Source: Basidiobolus meristosporus CBS 931.73 (Eukaryota > Fungi > Basidiobolomycota). From it: a stretch of DNA of 64,000 nucleotides. Positions 23,353-35,620 of the stretch are shown in pieces. Numbering within the stretch: position 1 is the stretch's first letter; each line of letters opens with the position of its first letter. The notes below the pieces were generated by a model that ran no database searches, had not been told where the DNA came from, and saw only the letters and a list, made by a program, of their open reading frames with translations. A program made the translations under genes and the position numbers. The DNA lies in NCBI GenBank assembly GCA_002104905.1, contig MCFE01000480.1, positions 4,315 through 68,314 of the forward strand. Reading direction: 5' to 3'.

Positions 23353-26300
23353 CCCTATGAGAAATATCTTGGTCCAGTGGGTTACTCCAATCTGGATCAG
23401 CCATCAGAGTTCTGTCAGCAGACCATTGTAATACTGGCAGCTTAGAATAAATGACCCTCTACAAAATCTGATGACAGAATCTCAATGGCATGCGGATAAT
23501 TTTACCACCAAATAAAGTTAAAAAGCATGACAGTGTCTGGGCAGTGTTTTGCAAGCATAGTATGGCATTGTTGAAGTCTTGAAGAGCTCTACAGCTGTTT
23601 TAGTGGATCTAACCAGGCAATACATCCCATCCCTTATATGGAAAAACTTGATGGTGTCTTGACAGCCTCTTTGCAAGCCTCTGATGGCATTATCACTGCA
23701 GTATGGTGGCCTACAGCTAGTTTGGAACAATGCTGCCACACCAATTTATCAAATGGTATTTCCTTTTCTTACCTTCCCTTATGCAATTCATATATTCCAC
23801 TATAGAATCAGCCCTCTTTATTTGCTTAAACACTACTACCTTGGGTATTCCACATATAGTCTGAATCAATAAAAACTATGGCCTCCTGCTTACTAACCTT
23901 TACAAATGTGCATACCTGTTGCAATCAATGTATTTCTATCACCTCAACTTTACAGCTTTTTAGTGTGAGACTTGCATAGTTGCCATATAACTTTTACTTC
24001 TAGTGAAATATACATCTTGCAAGCATATTCTTGGTTGCCACCACTTCTGCCATGAGTACCTCCTGAATATCTGCAATGAACTTTTTAGTATTTAGCCAAC
24101 ATGTTTCTTGGCCATGCAGGATTCTAATCCATCTAATAGGTGCACTCTGGCACTGGTTTGTGAGAGTTTGTATTGAATTGTGTAGAAATTAGCTTGTGAT
24201 CAAGAGAAACCCAGCACTCTTTGGTGAAGCTTTTCTGATAAAATTGGTTGCATGTTGCACCCAACCCAATTTTGCATTAGTTTACTGCTTACCCATGCTT
24301 TATGGTAGCTTAGCTTCTTAATGCCATAGGCATAGGTGTCTACATGTGCACATCTATCCTCAGTATTTTCCAGCTCTTCCTTGCTGTTCTCAATGTGCCA
24401 ACTCATGACATCCATGGCAGACTTGAAGATGATACTGCTGATAAGATTGGGATATGGTGGTATCTGCAACTTGACTTGACTTCCCATCTCCCCACACATC
24501 TGCTTCAAAGGAAACTCCCAAAAGGTGAAGCAAGGCGCAATATTCTCCACACACCAAGCAAGATGGAATAAAGAGTGGTTACTGTAGTGGCGGAGATCTA
24601 CACATACAGCTTTATGTTTATAGTATTGGCACTCAAATCCCATCACAAACTCCTTGTACAAAAGCTCTAGATGCGTCAAGTTGGCATTGATGATCCACTT
24701 CTGAATAAATACTCCTACAGAGTCCACATATAACTCCCAGTGCTTCCAATGTACTCCTGGTAGAAATGGCTTCCAAAGGTCACTTGAATAAATACATATC
24801 CAGTTCATCCAGTCCTTGCACTTGCATTGTTGCATATGCAAATGAATGTTGACTGGAGCCTATGAGAAGTACTTAGGACAGCAAATACTTTATGATATAT
24901 TGCCAATTGTTTGAATTTCTCTGGTCTCTCAAAGGGCTCATTTAAGTTGAGTTGCCCCATGTATAATTTGGTCATCAGTATAGGAATATTGTAGAAAAGC
25001 AAATGAACTGCTTGCAGTAGAAAGCTTTTTCTTCAACAGAAACCCTCTATCTTAAGTATATCTGGCTTCCAATAAATTCCATATTTTGGCCAATGGCTTT
25101 TAGCTTGCCAAATTTGCTGCAAATGCATGCTGACTTCTGTACAATCTCTCTGCAGGAAAATGATGTTCTTAGTGTTGGTGTTTGGGTAATAATAATGCGT
25201 GTGAGTTAAGAAGTAAATCCCCTGGATCTCACACACATATAGCAGCAATACTGACCATTGTGCCCAGAAAAGCTGGCTATCTTGCTGATGGCTGGGGTAT
25301 CTTCAATGCCGATAATAGTATGTGCTCTGATATGACAGACATTTGCTGTTATCATGCTGGAAAGCATAAAAAACTCATCCAGCAATGGATATAGGTAGCT
25401 ATCTAGGTGGGATGGTGATTTAGGCCCAGATACCAGTGAGACTACTATTTGATTCCTGCTCTTATACTGTAAGTAGGCAGCAGATGCAGGCTATGAGAAT
25501 CAGTGGCCAGCAGGATTTGCTGGTACACTACTTCTATAATGAGAATCCATCAAGCACCAAGGCAAAGGCATGGTTAAAAAAATCTTTAAAGTGACCCTTG
25601 CTTGTTAGCTGTTTGTATTGTTTGCAATCAAATATATTGGATATGTTTGCATTTGAATGTTACTGAGTACACTACTTTGTAGCTTCACAATATTTCTTGG
25701 ATCTCATAATCTTCTTTAGTCATGGTATTACTGCAATGTATCTGGGGTGTGAACAATGTTTTCCCCCAGTGGTGATGCATTCTTGACAAGTTATACGCCT
25801 TCCAATGCTGGAGTTTTCTGATGTCACTGCAATGCAACTGTTAACACATGCTGGCATCAGGACAGTCTTTGGGCTATATGTTGCCAGCCACATAAAGGTT
25901 GTCCATTTGTGCTATGTACATGGCAAGTTGCATTGAGGGATGATTTTGGCAAGATGTAGTAGTAAATGCTCAAAGCCCCCATTACTAGTATTAATGGAAA
26001 CACACTACTTCTCTAGCTAAACATCTTGCCATTCACCAGTAGATGGATAACTGGGGTCATATGACTCCATAAAGTATCCTTGGCATTTTTTCCCACAAAT
26101 ATTATGTCAATCCATATTGAAATTTTGCCAGGCTGATGCAGGATGTTTGTGTTAGGGGAGATAGGCTCACAATTCATCAGTGAGCCTTCTTCTTCAGAGC
26201 TATTACTCTGCATGCCATATTTAGAAGGCTGAGGTGAGCCTAAAGGCTTCACAAACTCACCTGACTCAGTTTGCCCTAGGTGACAGGAATGGTCAGGTGC

Positions 26301-26749
26301 CATTATAAAAGTATTGACTTACTGTCAAGATAAAGTTGGTAGAGTGGTGACTGATGAATAGTCAAATATAACTTATGTGGCAAAACACTGGCTTTGATCC
26401 TTATTATACTTCTTATGCTGTCAGTGTGCTTCATGGCTAAGAGGCTTGCTACAATAGACACATTGTTTTTTTCTCTTCTCTTCCAATGTTGAATCAAAGT
26501 GTTCTTGTCCATGGGGCAAACAATCTGACATTCAACAACATAACACTATTATATTATTTTTTGCCAATACTCATGTGATCACAAGACAGTCTTGTATTTG
26601 AGACATTACACCTACATGGATGTAAAATTTAATGATGACCTGCCATAGCAAGCATTATAGATAAAGCTGTGACACTACACATACATGTATATGCAACACC
26701 ATTTACCCATTGGTTTGACTTACTCCTATATATATGCTGCCAAAAAATA
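23353..26749 (-). mobile_element. CACTA copy gamma, left part (continues at 35031-35620 after the nested delta copy)
   Basis: Terminus CCCTATGAGAAA at 23353; transposase remnants 24200-24841 (HSLFHLAWCVENIAPCFTFWEFPLKQMCGEM) to ~26512; ORF2 ATG at 26734 is split by delta and resumes at 35031. Confidence 0.85.
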
Positions 26750-28945
26750 CCCAATGAGAAAATACTGTGAGATCCTGTTAGAATGCCTTCACAAATTTAA
26801 AGTCCTGTGATTAAATGGTACTGATCCTGTCAGGACACCATGCAGAGACCATTGAAAAATAATTGTACCCCAGATGTCACAAAAAACCTAGTCAAAACTT
26901 CTCATCATAACAATACAAAGTGGCTTTTGATTGGTTCCCTGCTAATTTGCTGACTTTTGAATCCTGGGCACTCAATCACCTCCTATAGTTGTGTACATTA
27001 GTTGGCTATTGCCTCTTTTTCACACTCCTTACTTCCCAAACCAACCATTTCTCATATTTTTCATGCATACAAATTGATTTATTTCCATTGAAACTTCAGT
27101 TGTACTTCAATTGCCAATTATTTTGACCTACATAAGTCCCTATACTGTACACATTAAAATCCACCACCCAATAGGTATTTCTGCTGTAAGGCTATATTTC
27201 CATGACTTTGGTGGGGATCCATGGCTTTATGCAACTGTTCATTCACAGGATCCCACATGTCCTGGTCTTTAGCCAGCACTGCAAGGTCTAGCACCTCATC
27301 TGCCAGTCTTTGCAATAAATCCTTGTAATACTCAGGTGCGTTTTCTTGAGCACTGCTCTTGAATAAGTGCTGCAACATCCCAGTGTGCCTATTAATGTTC
27401 CAAAGTTCCACTGATGGCATTGTGATAGTCTTCTAAGGTCTTGATGCTGTAGCCCTATTTGTAGGTTGGATCTTCACTCTATCAACAAAGGAGGATGTGG
27501 AGGCTGCGGTAGACAAGTTGCCATTTTTGGCAAACTCATCTACCTTGCTGGAGTGCAGCTCAACTGGCTGCACTTTCAACTCTTGGAAGAACAGCTGTTT
27601 TCTTGCTGGTAATTCTTCATGGCTATGATGGCATTCAGTCTATTCCAGGGTTCTGGCATCAATTGGCAAGAACTGCAGTTTTTCTTGCAAGCTTCCATGT
27701 CTCAGGCTTAGCCATTTTTCCCTTTGCCTTTTCCTTTATCACTGCCTGGTCTTTTACTGCTACTTTGTCTGAGTGCTTCTTGTAATGAACTATGTTTTCC
27801 CCTTGAAGAATTCTGCTCTGACTCACCTGTTTTGGCCTGCTTCTTCCTTGACAGCACTCTCCTGGCAACCTGCTGTTTCTTTTCCACTTGCTTTAAGCTC
27901 TCACTTGTAGTTGTAGTGGGCTCCTAAGAAAGCTGCTGGTTTTTATCACTGCCAGGCCCTTCACTGCCACTTTGACTGAGTGCTTCTAGAGTGGCACTAC
28001 ACTTTTTCCTTGATAAATGTTGTGCTGGTGCATCTGTGTCTGCCTGCTTGTCCCCTATAGGCATTCTTCTAGCTACCTGACATCTCTGCAATGCTTGTTT
28101 AGAGATTTCGGCCCTGCTTGTAACAGGCTCTTGAGGAAGCTGCTGGTTTTTAGCCATGGCACCCTTATTCTTCTGCCTTTGATAGTTTCTGCTATTCATA
28201 ACATACTTTCTTAGCATACCAATGCTAGCCCAATATCTGTTTTCCTGTTTGAATTCAGGATAATGCTGATGGAACAGGTCAAGCACATTCTGCTTTGCCT
28301 TGAGTTTCTGATGGTCCCATGATATGCTGGCCTTAAGGCAATGGCATGCTAGATCTTAGATGGCCTCTTGAATATTAGCCCACTCTTGATTATTGCTTGC
28401 AATAGCTTCACATATATCAGTGTCTTTTGATTTTTAGGCTTTGGTATATGCACCACATTGTCTCCCTCCCATACTGTGATAGGTTACTCTGTGAGCTTTA
28501 TGTTTGGGCTCTGTTGTTGTGCCTCAAATACTGAACAGTGTTCCTCTGCTGTTACCTTGGGAAATGGCTCAACTCTTGGCTGCAGCATTAAGCTACTTGA
28601 GTTCCTTCTTTGCAGTAAAGATACTGCTTTCTCTACTTGGGATATTCATTGCACTACACCTATTACCCACTCATGCTGCTTCTGGACTATTACTGGATTT
28701 CTCTTGGCTGTTGCATCCCTCCTATCAGCCACTGCACATAATTGCTTTATCAATGCTTTGGTATGAGCTTACAGCATATTTGCCAATATGGGCAGTAGCA
28801 ATGTTATGACAGCCACTTGCTGGTCTTCAACTGAGGGTACTGCATTGGCTACATTCTCATCTGCCAGAGTTTAATGGTGAGCTTGCAGCTCTGCAGAGGT
28901 TATCAATTGCCTACTTGAGTGGGAGCCTGAGGAGTCTGCATTATT

Positions 28946-29679
28946 AGACTTGTTCCATTGGATAGTGCCACATTGAGCCATGCATGCCAAATGATGCCAT
29001 AGTGTGCCAGGGAGGCTAAGTGAGCCTGTACTTGGCCACAGTGTGTGAAACATAGATCTGCATCTTCATGCAAAGCAGCCCCTGCGTTTCACCCATTGTG
29101 TTGGAGAAAATCCATTTTTTGACCTTTTTTTTTAGGTCAATGTTGTGCAGGATGTGTAAGAGCACAAAAGGATTGAAAATATGCATTTGGTACTCAATAC
29201 CCATGGCACTCTGAATCTAGCTCCTGTGGCTTGTAACAAGTCACAACAATGCATGGCACTATCTTGGTCCACTGGTACTATCTGGCACTATAAGTGCTTT
29301 GTATAGATCTTACTTTAGGGCTAATAATTAAATATAGTGCCAGATAGTACCAGTGGACCAAGATAGTGCCATGCATTGTTGTGACTTGTTACAAGCCACA
29401 GGAGCTAGATTCAAAGTGCCATGGGTATTGGGTACCTGATGCATGTCTTCAGTTCTTCTGTGCTCTTACACATCCTGCATAACATTGATCCACAAAAAAA
29501 CGTCAAAAAATGGATTTTCTCCTGCATCACAGGTAAAACACAGGGGCTGCTTTGCATGAAGATGCAGATACATGTTTCACACTCTGTGGCCAAGTATAGG
29601 CTCACTTGGCCTCTCTGGCACACTATGGCATCATTTGACACTCATGGCTCAATGTGGCACTATCCAATGGAACAAGTCT
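28946..29679. mobile_element. 734-bp fold-back MITE, PHIS-type family
   Basis: About 345-bp inverted arms with a ~40-bp spacer; termini AGACTTGTTCCATTGGATAGTGCCAC..GTGGCACTATCCAATGGAACAAGTCT; flanks ATT/AGT; the empty-site homolog at ~35150-35190 shows a 3-bp gain. Confidence 0.92.
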
Positions 29680-29921
29680 AGTATGTTCAGTATGCACACT
29701 GTCAAAATGGCCTTTTTTGGATGTAGCCATGCCTGTTGCACTGATTGTCAAAGTAAGCTATTGTCCAACCATTCTTCTGTTGCCATCAGTGGTGGGGTTT
29801 GGTTGGGAACTAGAAGACTTTACTTTATTTTTTGGCAGCATAAATATGGAAGTGAGTCAAGCAAAAGGGGAAATAATGTTACATATACATGCATATATGG
29901 TGCCACAGTTTTATTTATAAT

Positions 29922-30655
29922 AGACTTGTTCCATTGGATTGTGCCACATTGAGCCATGAGTGCCCAATGATGCCATAGTGTGCCAGGCAGGCTAATTAAA
30001 CCTACACTTGGCCACAGAGTGTGAAACATAGCTCTGCATCTTCATGCAAAGCCACCCCTGTGTTTCACCCATTGTGTTGGAGAAAATCCATTTTTTGACC
30101 TTTTTTTTTAGTTCAATGTTTTGCAGGATGTGTAAGAGCACAGAAGAACAGAGGACATGCACCAGGTACTCAATACCCATGGCACTCTGAGTCTAGCTCC
30201 TGTGGCTTGTAACATGTCACAAAAATGCATGGCACTATCTTGGTCCACTGGTACTATCTGGCACTATGAGTTCTTTGTATAGATCTTACTTTAGGTCTAA
30301 TAATTAAATATAGTGCCAGATAGTACCAGTGGACCAAGATAGTGCCATGCATTTTTGTGACATGTTACAAGCCACAGGAGCTAGATTCAGAGTGCCATGG
30401 GTATTGAGTACCCGGTGCATGTTCTCAGTGCTTCTGTGCTCTTACACATCCTGCACAACATTGATCCTCAAAAAAACATCAAATAATGAATTTTCTCCTG
30501 CATCATAGGTGAAGCACAGGGGCTGCTTTGCATGAAGATGCAGAGCTATGCTTTACACTCTGTGGCCAAGTACAGGTTTACTTAGCCTCTCTAGCACACT
30601 ATGGCATCATTTAGCACTCATGGCTCAATGTGGCACTATCCAATGAAACAAGTCT
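29922..30655. mobile_element. 734-bp fold-back MITE, PHIS-type family (second copy)
   Basis: Same structure, length and spacer orientation as 28946-29679; perfect AAT/AAT TSD confirmed against the empty site at ~26648-26665. Confidence 0.92.
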
Positions 30656-32216
30656 AATGCTTAATATGGTGGGTCACCATTGAATATTACATTCATGTTG
30701 CTGCAGTGTCTCAAATACAAACTCTCTTGAATTCACATGAGTATTGACCAGTAAGTGATATAATAGTGCCATGTTGCTGAAGGTCAAACTGTTTGCCCTA
30801 TGGACAAGACCACTTTGATTCAACACTGTAAGTAAAGAGAAACAAACCATGTGGCTGTTCTAGCAAATCTCTCAGCCATATAGAAAGCATAGGAAGTACT
30901 ACAAGGATCATGGCCAGTGTCTTGCCACACAACTAATACTTGACCATTGATCATTCCCAACTGTATCAACATTATCTTATTAACCAGTTGATACTTCTAT
31001 ACTGGCACCTGGCCATCTTTGTCACCTTGTGCCAACTGAGCCAGGTGAGTTCATGACACCTTTAAGCCCGCCTCAGCCTTCTGAATATGGCATTCAGAGT
31101 GATAGCTCTGACAAAGAAGGCTCAATGATGGATTGTGAGCCTATCCCCTGTAACAACATTACCACACATGAGCCTGGTCAAATCTCAATATGTAATGAGA
31201 AAACATCCATTGAAAAAAATGCTCAAGATAGTTTATAGGGCCAAGCAAGCCCAGTAATCAATCCACTGGTGAGTGCTGTAATGTTGTGGCTAGAGAAGTG
31301 GCATGTTTCTACTAATATCAGTAATGACGGCTTTGAGGATCTACTTCTACTTCTTGCCAATATCATCCCTCAATGCAGCTTACCATTTATATGGTATAAG
31401 TGGACAACCATCATGTGGCTGGCAACAAATGACTCAGAGGCTATCCTGACTCCAGCATGTGTTAACAGTTGCATTTTTTTCACATCCAAATATGCTACCA
31501 TTGTAACATGTCCAAATTGTCAGGAATCCATCACCATTGAGGGAAAACATTGCTCATTCTCCAGATATATTCTGGTAACACCCTATCAAAAGAAGCTCAT
31601 ATATCGAACAAATATTACAAAGCTACAAAGTATCAAACTCAGTACCAATCAAGCGCAAACATATCCAGTGTATTTGATTGCAAACATTACAAACAGCTAA
31701 GAAGCACAGGCTACTTTGAAGGTATGTATGACCATGTCTTTGCCTTAGCACTTGATGGATTCTCATTAAACAAGTACTACCAAAAAATCCTGCTGGCCAC
31801 TGATGCTTGTCAACCCAAATTTGCTGCCAATCCTAGATTATCAGAGCCAAGCTCTGATGGTAGTCTCACTTATATCTGAGCCTAAATCACCGTTCAACCA
31901 GGATAGCCACCTGTATCCATTGCTGGATGAATTCTGTGCACTTTCCTGGAGGATAGCAGTAAATGGCTGTAATGTCAAAGCTCGTATTATTATCTGCACT
32001 GGAGTCACCCCTGCCTTCAGCAAGATAGCCGGCTTTTCTGGGCAAAACTGATGGTATAGCTGTCAAATGTGTGAGATCCAGGGTACGCACTTTGTAGCTC
32101 ACAAACAGTAATTTTACCCATACGCCAATGCTAAGAACATCAGCTTCCCACCAAGAGAATATACAGAAGTCTGCATGCAATTGTATCAAAGTTGGCAAGC
32201 TATAAGCCATTAGCAG

Positions 32217-33286
32217 TGTAGTGGGGTGACAGTGACACCCACTAACAGATGTGCTCATTCCCTTATTTTCTACTTCCATATATCTCTACTACACTTATTT
32301 TAGTTTTATCCCGTTTGTCTTACCCAATCAGAACTATCCCATAAGCCGGTTGACTATCACACCTGCTTACCTTATTGCATAAGTTACCTCTCACTTTACG
32401 TATGATTACTAGCTATAAGTGCTTCTATATTAGGCAAGTACCCACACCAGTACTAATGACACATGATCAACCAGTGTCACCATCCCTACCATTTCCATAC
32501 CATATATGTATCCCTATGTTACACAGGTTTCAGAATACTGATTCCTGATTGGTTGGATGTGCTGTGCCTCTTAGAACCTTCTGGCACCTACTTGGAACAT
32601 TCTTAGGTCATTGTGATGTCATTAAGATTTCTATTGATATCCTGAACCTTCTGGAATACCATGCTTAGTAATCACTTAGCCAGTGAGAAAAGTATATAAG
32701 GGAGGCTATCCCTCAAGAATAAATCATCATCCCTTTTATCAATATTCCAACTTGTTGATTAGTGTGATCACAGCTACCTGCTGCCACCTGAACTTCCAAC
32801 CCCAGACCACAGGACACTCCCAGGAAACCGTGCTGACAGCCAACTGACCTTGGAGGCACTACTTGGGAGGAATACTCAGAGTAGGTATCTTTTATTATAT
32901 TTGATTCTTTCTCAAGTTTGTTCTTGTACAGGCAAAGATACTTTTCTGTCTTTGTAACTATTGACCACAGCTGCATTCTTATCAAGTCACTGCTAGTGGA
33001 GTTTACAGTTGTTTTGACTTTGGAAACTTTAGTACATTGTCATCTCAAAGGATGCTGAACCCAGCACATACTTTGGTTAAGGTGCCAACTAAGTTGTGGA
33101 TTGTAGCTTAATAGTATTCCCTTGACAAGCTTGTGGCTTTATTCCCCTTCACATTAGATTAGAGACAGAACCCAAGTATTCCTAGCAAGCTTTTACCAGA
33201 GGTTATTGCACCCAGTGAACACCCCACACACAAAACACTTGAGAAGTGTTGGACGTATCTCACCCTTAGACCTATAAACCACCACA
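32217..33286. mobile_element. Unclassified ~1.07-kb insertion, probable solo LTR
   Basis: Interrupts the delta transposase (flanks contiguous in the homologs at ~50540 and ~58130); begins TGTAGTGG and ends CCACCACA; TATA-like GTATATAAG (~32693) followed by AATAAA (~32718); no coding similarity seen; no TSD identified. Confidence 0.55.
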
Positions 33287-35030
33287 GTGGGAATATTGAA
33301 TCAATTGGAAACCAGAGACTCTTAAGATACAGAGTATCTGTTGGGGCAAATGCTTTCCACTGGGAGCAATGCACTTGCTTTTCAACAATATCCCTATACT
33401 GATGACCAAGTTGTACATGGCACATTTCAAGCTAAATGAGCCCTTCAAGATACCTGAGGAGTATAAAAGAGTTGGCAAGACATTACAGAATACCTACTAC
33501 CCTGAGTACTTCTCACAGACTTCAATTAATATTAATACATATATGCGGCAATACAAATGCAAAGTCTAGATGAACTTGATATGTATTTATTCAAGTGGCA
33601 GCCTGAAGCCATTCTTATCAAGAGTATCTTGGAAGCATTGGGGGTCATATGTGAACATTGTAGGATTATTTATCCAAAAGCAGATCACCAATGCAAACTT
33701 AACACATCAACGGCTATTGTGCACGGAGTTTGTAGCAGGATTTGAGCCGCTATACTACAAGCATAAAGCTAAATGCATAGATCTCTGCTGCTACTGTATC
33801 CATTCTCTACTCCATCTTGCTTGGTATGTGGAGAATATTGGGCCTTGCTTCACCTTTTGGAAGTATCCTATGGAGCAGATGTATGGGGAGGTAGCAAGAT
33901 GAATCAAGTTGCAGGTACCACCATATCCCAATCTTGTCAAGAATATTACCTCTAAGTCTGTTGTGGATGTGATATGTTGGCACACTGAGGACAGTAAGGA
34001 AGAGTTGCCCAATATTGAGGACAGATGTGCATATGGAGACACCTATGCCTATGGCATTAAGAAGCTATGCAGCCCCAATGTGTGGGTAATTAGTTAAGTA
34101 ATGCAAAGTTGGATGGGGTGCATCAAGCAACTGATTGTTATAAGGAAAACTCTGCTAAGGTATGGTGGATTTCTCTTAGTCAATAGCCAGCTTCTGCACC
34201 ATTCCATAAGGAGTTTGCACAAACAAGAGCCAGAGCACACCTTTAAGGGGGACTAGTATCCAGCAGGGTGAAGGAATATATTGGCTAAGCACCAAAAAGT
34301 TCTTTGCAGATATTCAGGAGGTATTAATAGCAGAAGTGGCAGCTACTAAGCATATGTTTGCAAGATGTATGTATTACCAGCGGTAGAAGGTATATGGCAA
34401 TTCAGCAAGTATCACACCAAATAGGCATAAAGTTGAGGTGATAGAAGTATATCAATTGGGGCAGGTATGCACATTTGTAGAGGTTAGTAAGCAGGAGGCC
34501 ATAGTTTTTTTTGATTCTAGCCACAGGTGGGATACCCAAGGTAGTAGTGGTTAGGCAAGTAAAGAGGAGTGATTCTACAGTGGAATATATGAATGCACAA
34601 GGTGAGGAAGAAATACAAAATACCATTTGGTAAATTGGAATGGTGGCACTATACAGAGCTAGCTGTAGGGTGCCATACTGCTGTAAAATGCCATCAGAGA
34701 CCTGCAATGAGGCTGTCAAAATACCATTATATTTTTTGCCATACAATGCAGTTGGATGTATTAACCAGCTAGATCCATTTGAAATAGCTGTAGAGTGCAT
34801 TGAGACTGCAATAATGCCATGCACTTATTGTTGCAGCACCAACTAAACCCCATAGTGTTTTATAACTTTATTTGGCAGTAAAATTAGCAAAATGCTGTTG
34901 GAATCCTGTCATGAGCTTGTCAAGAGGGTCACTAATTCCAAGCTGCTGGTATCATAATGGTCTCCAAACAGGATCCTGATGGCTGGCCTGGATCAGAGCC
35001 ACCTGCAGGACCAAATTAGTTTTCATAGGG

Positions 35031-35620
35031 ATAAAGCAAAGTCATCTGGTTCCCAACAAAACCCCACCACTGACAGCAGCAGAAGAACGGTTAGACAACA
35101 GCTTACCTTGAAAATCAGTGCAACAAGCAGTACTATATTCAAAAGGCCATGCTGACAGTATGCCCACTGAAGGTAATAATGCAGACTCCTCAGGTGCTCA
35201 GTCAAGTAGGAAATTGAGAACATTTGCAGGACCGCAAGCTGACCATAATGCTCAGGCAGATGAGAATGTACAAAAAGCAGTATCTTTGGATGAAGGCCAG
35301 CAAGTGACCATCATATCATCACCACTGTCTGTATTAGCAAGTTGTTGTCAGCTCATACCAAAGCATTAATGAGGCAATTAGGTGCAGTGGCTGATAGGAT
35401 AGATGTCATGGCCCACAGAAATCAGGAAATAGGCCAGAAACAGGCTGTGCAGATAATACCTGTAGAGTAATCAATACCTCATCTGGAGAAAGCAGTATCT
35501 TTACTGCAAAGAAGGAACTGAAGTAGCTCAGTGTCATAGCCAAAAATTGAGCCATTTCCCAAATTAACAGAATAGGAGCACTGTACAGTCATTGTAGAAC
35601 AACAAAAGTGCCCAAAGATA
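35031..35620 (+). mobile_element. CACTA copy gamma, right part (ORF2 5' region)
   Basis: Continues the sequence broken at 26749 and matches 21900-22500; ends at a Copia-B LTR. Confidence 0.8.

Larger units (their letters stand above)
26750..35030 (+). mobile_element. Full-length CACTA/EnSpm element delta (about 5.7 kb without nested inserts); transposase pseudogene on + (~30800-34300), ORF2 pseudogene on - (~27154-29841)
   Basis: TIRs CCCAATGAGAA / CCCTATGAAAA (reverse); 3-bp TSD ATA on both sides; the joined flanks match the uninterrupted homolog at ~21880-21930; transposase motifs PACVNSCIFF..CPNC, FALALDGF, HLYPLLDEF, CTGVTPAFSKIAGFSGQN, HSLLHLAWYVENIGPCFTFWKYPMEQMYGEV. Confidence 0.9.

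Noticed and set aside
28946-30655. Tc1/mariner (TA TSD) interpretation of the fold-back elements
   Set aside because: Both ends are flanked by TA, but empty-site comparison shows a 3-bp gain that fits AGAC..GTCT ends, and the terminus is shared with a DDE_Tnp_4 element.
28946-30655. CRISPR-like array or tRNA cluster
   Set aside because: The repeats are long inverted arms with no unique spacers and no cloverleaf; the context is eukaryotic.
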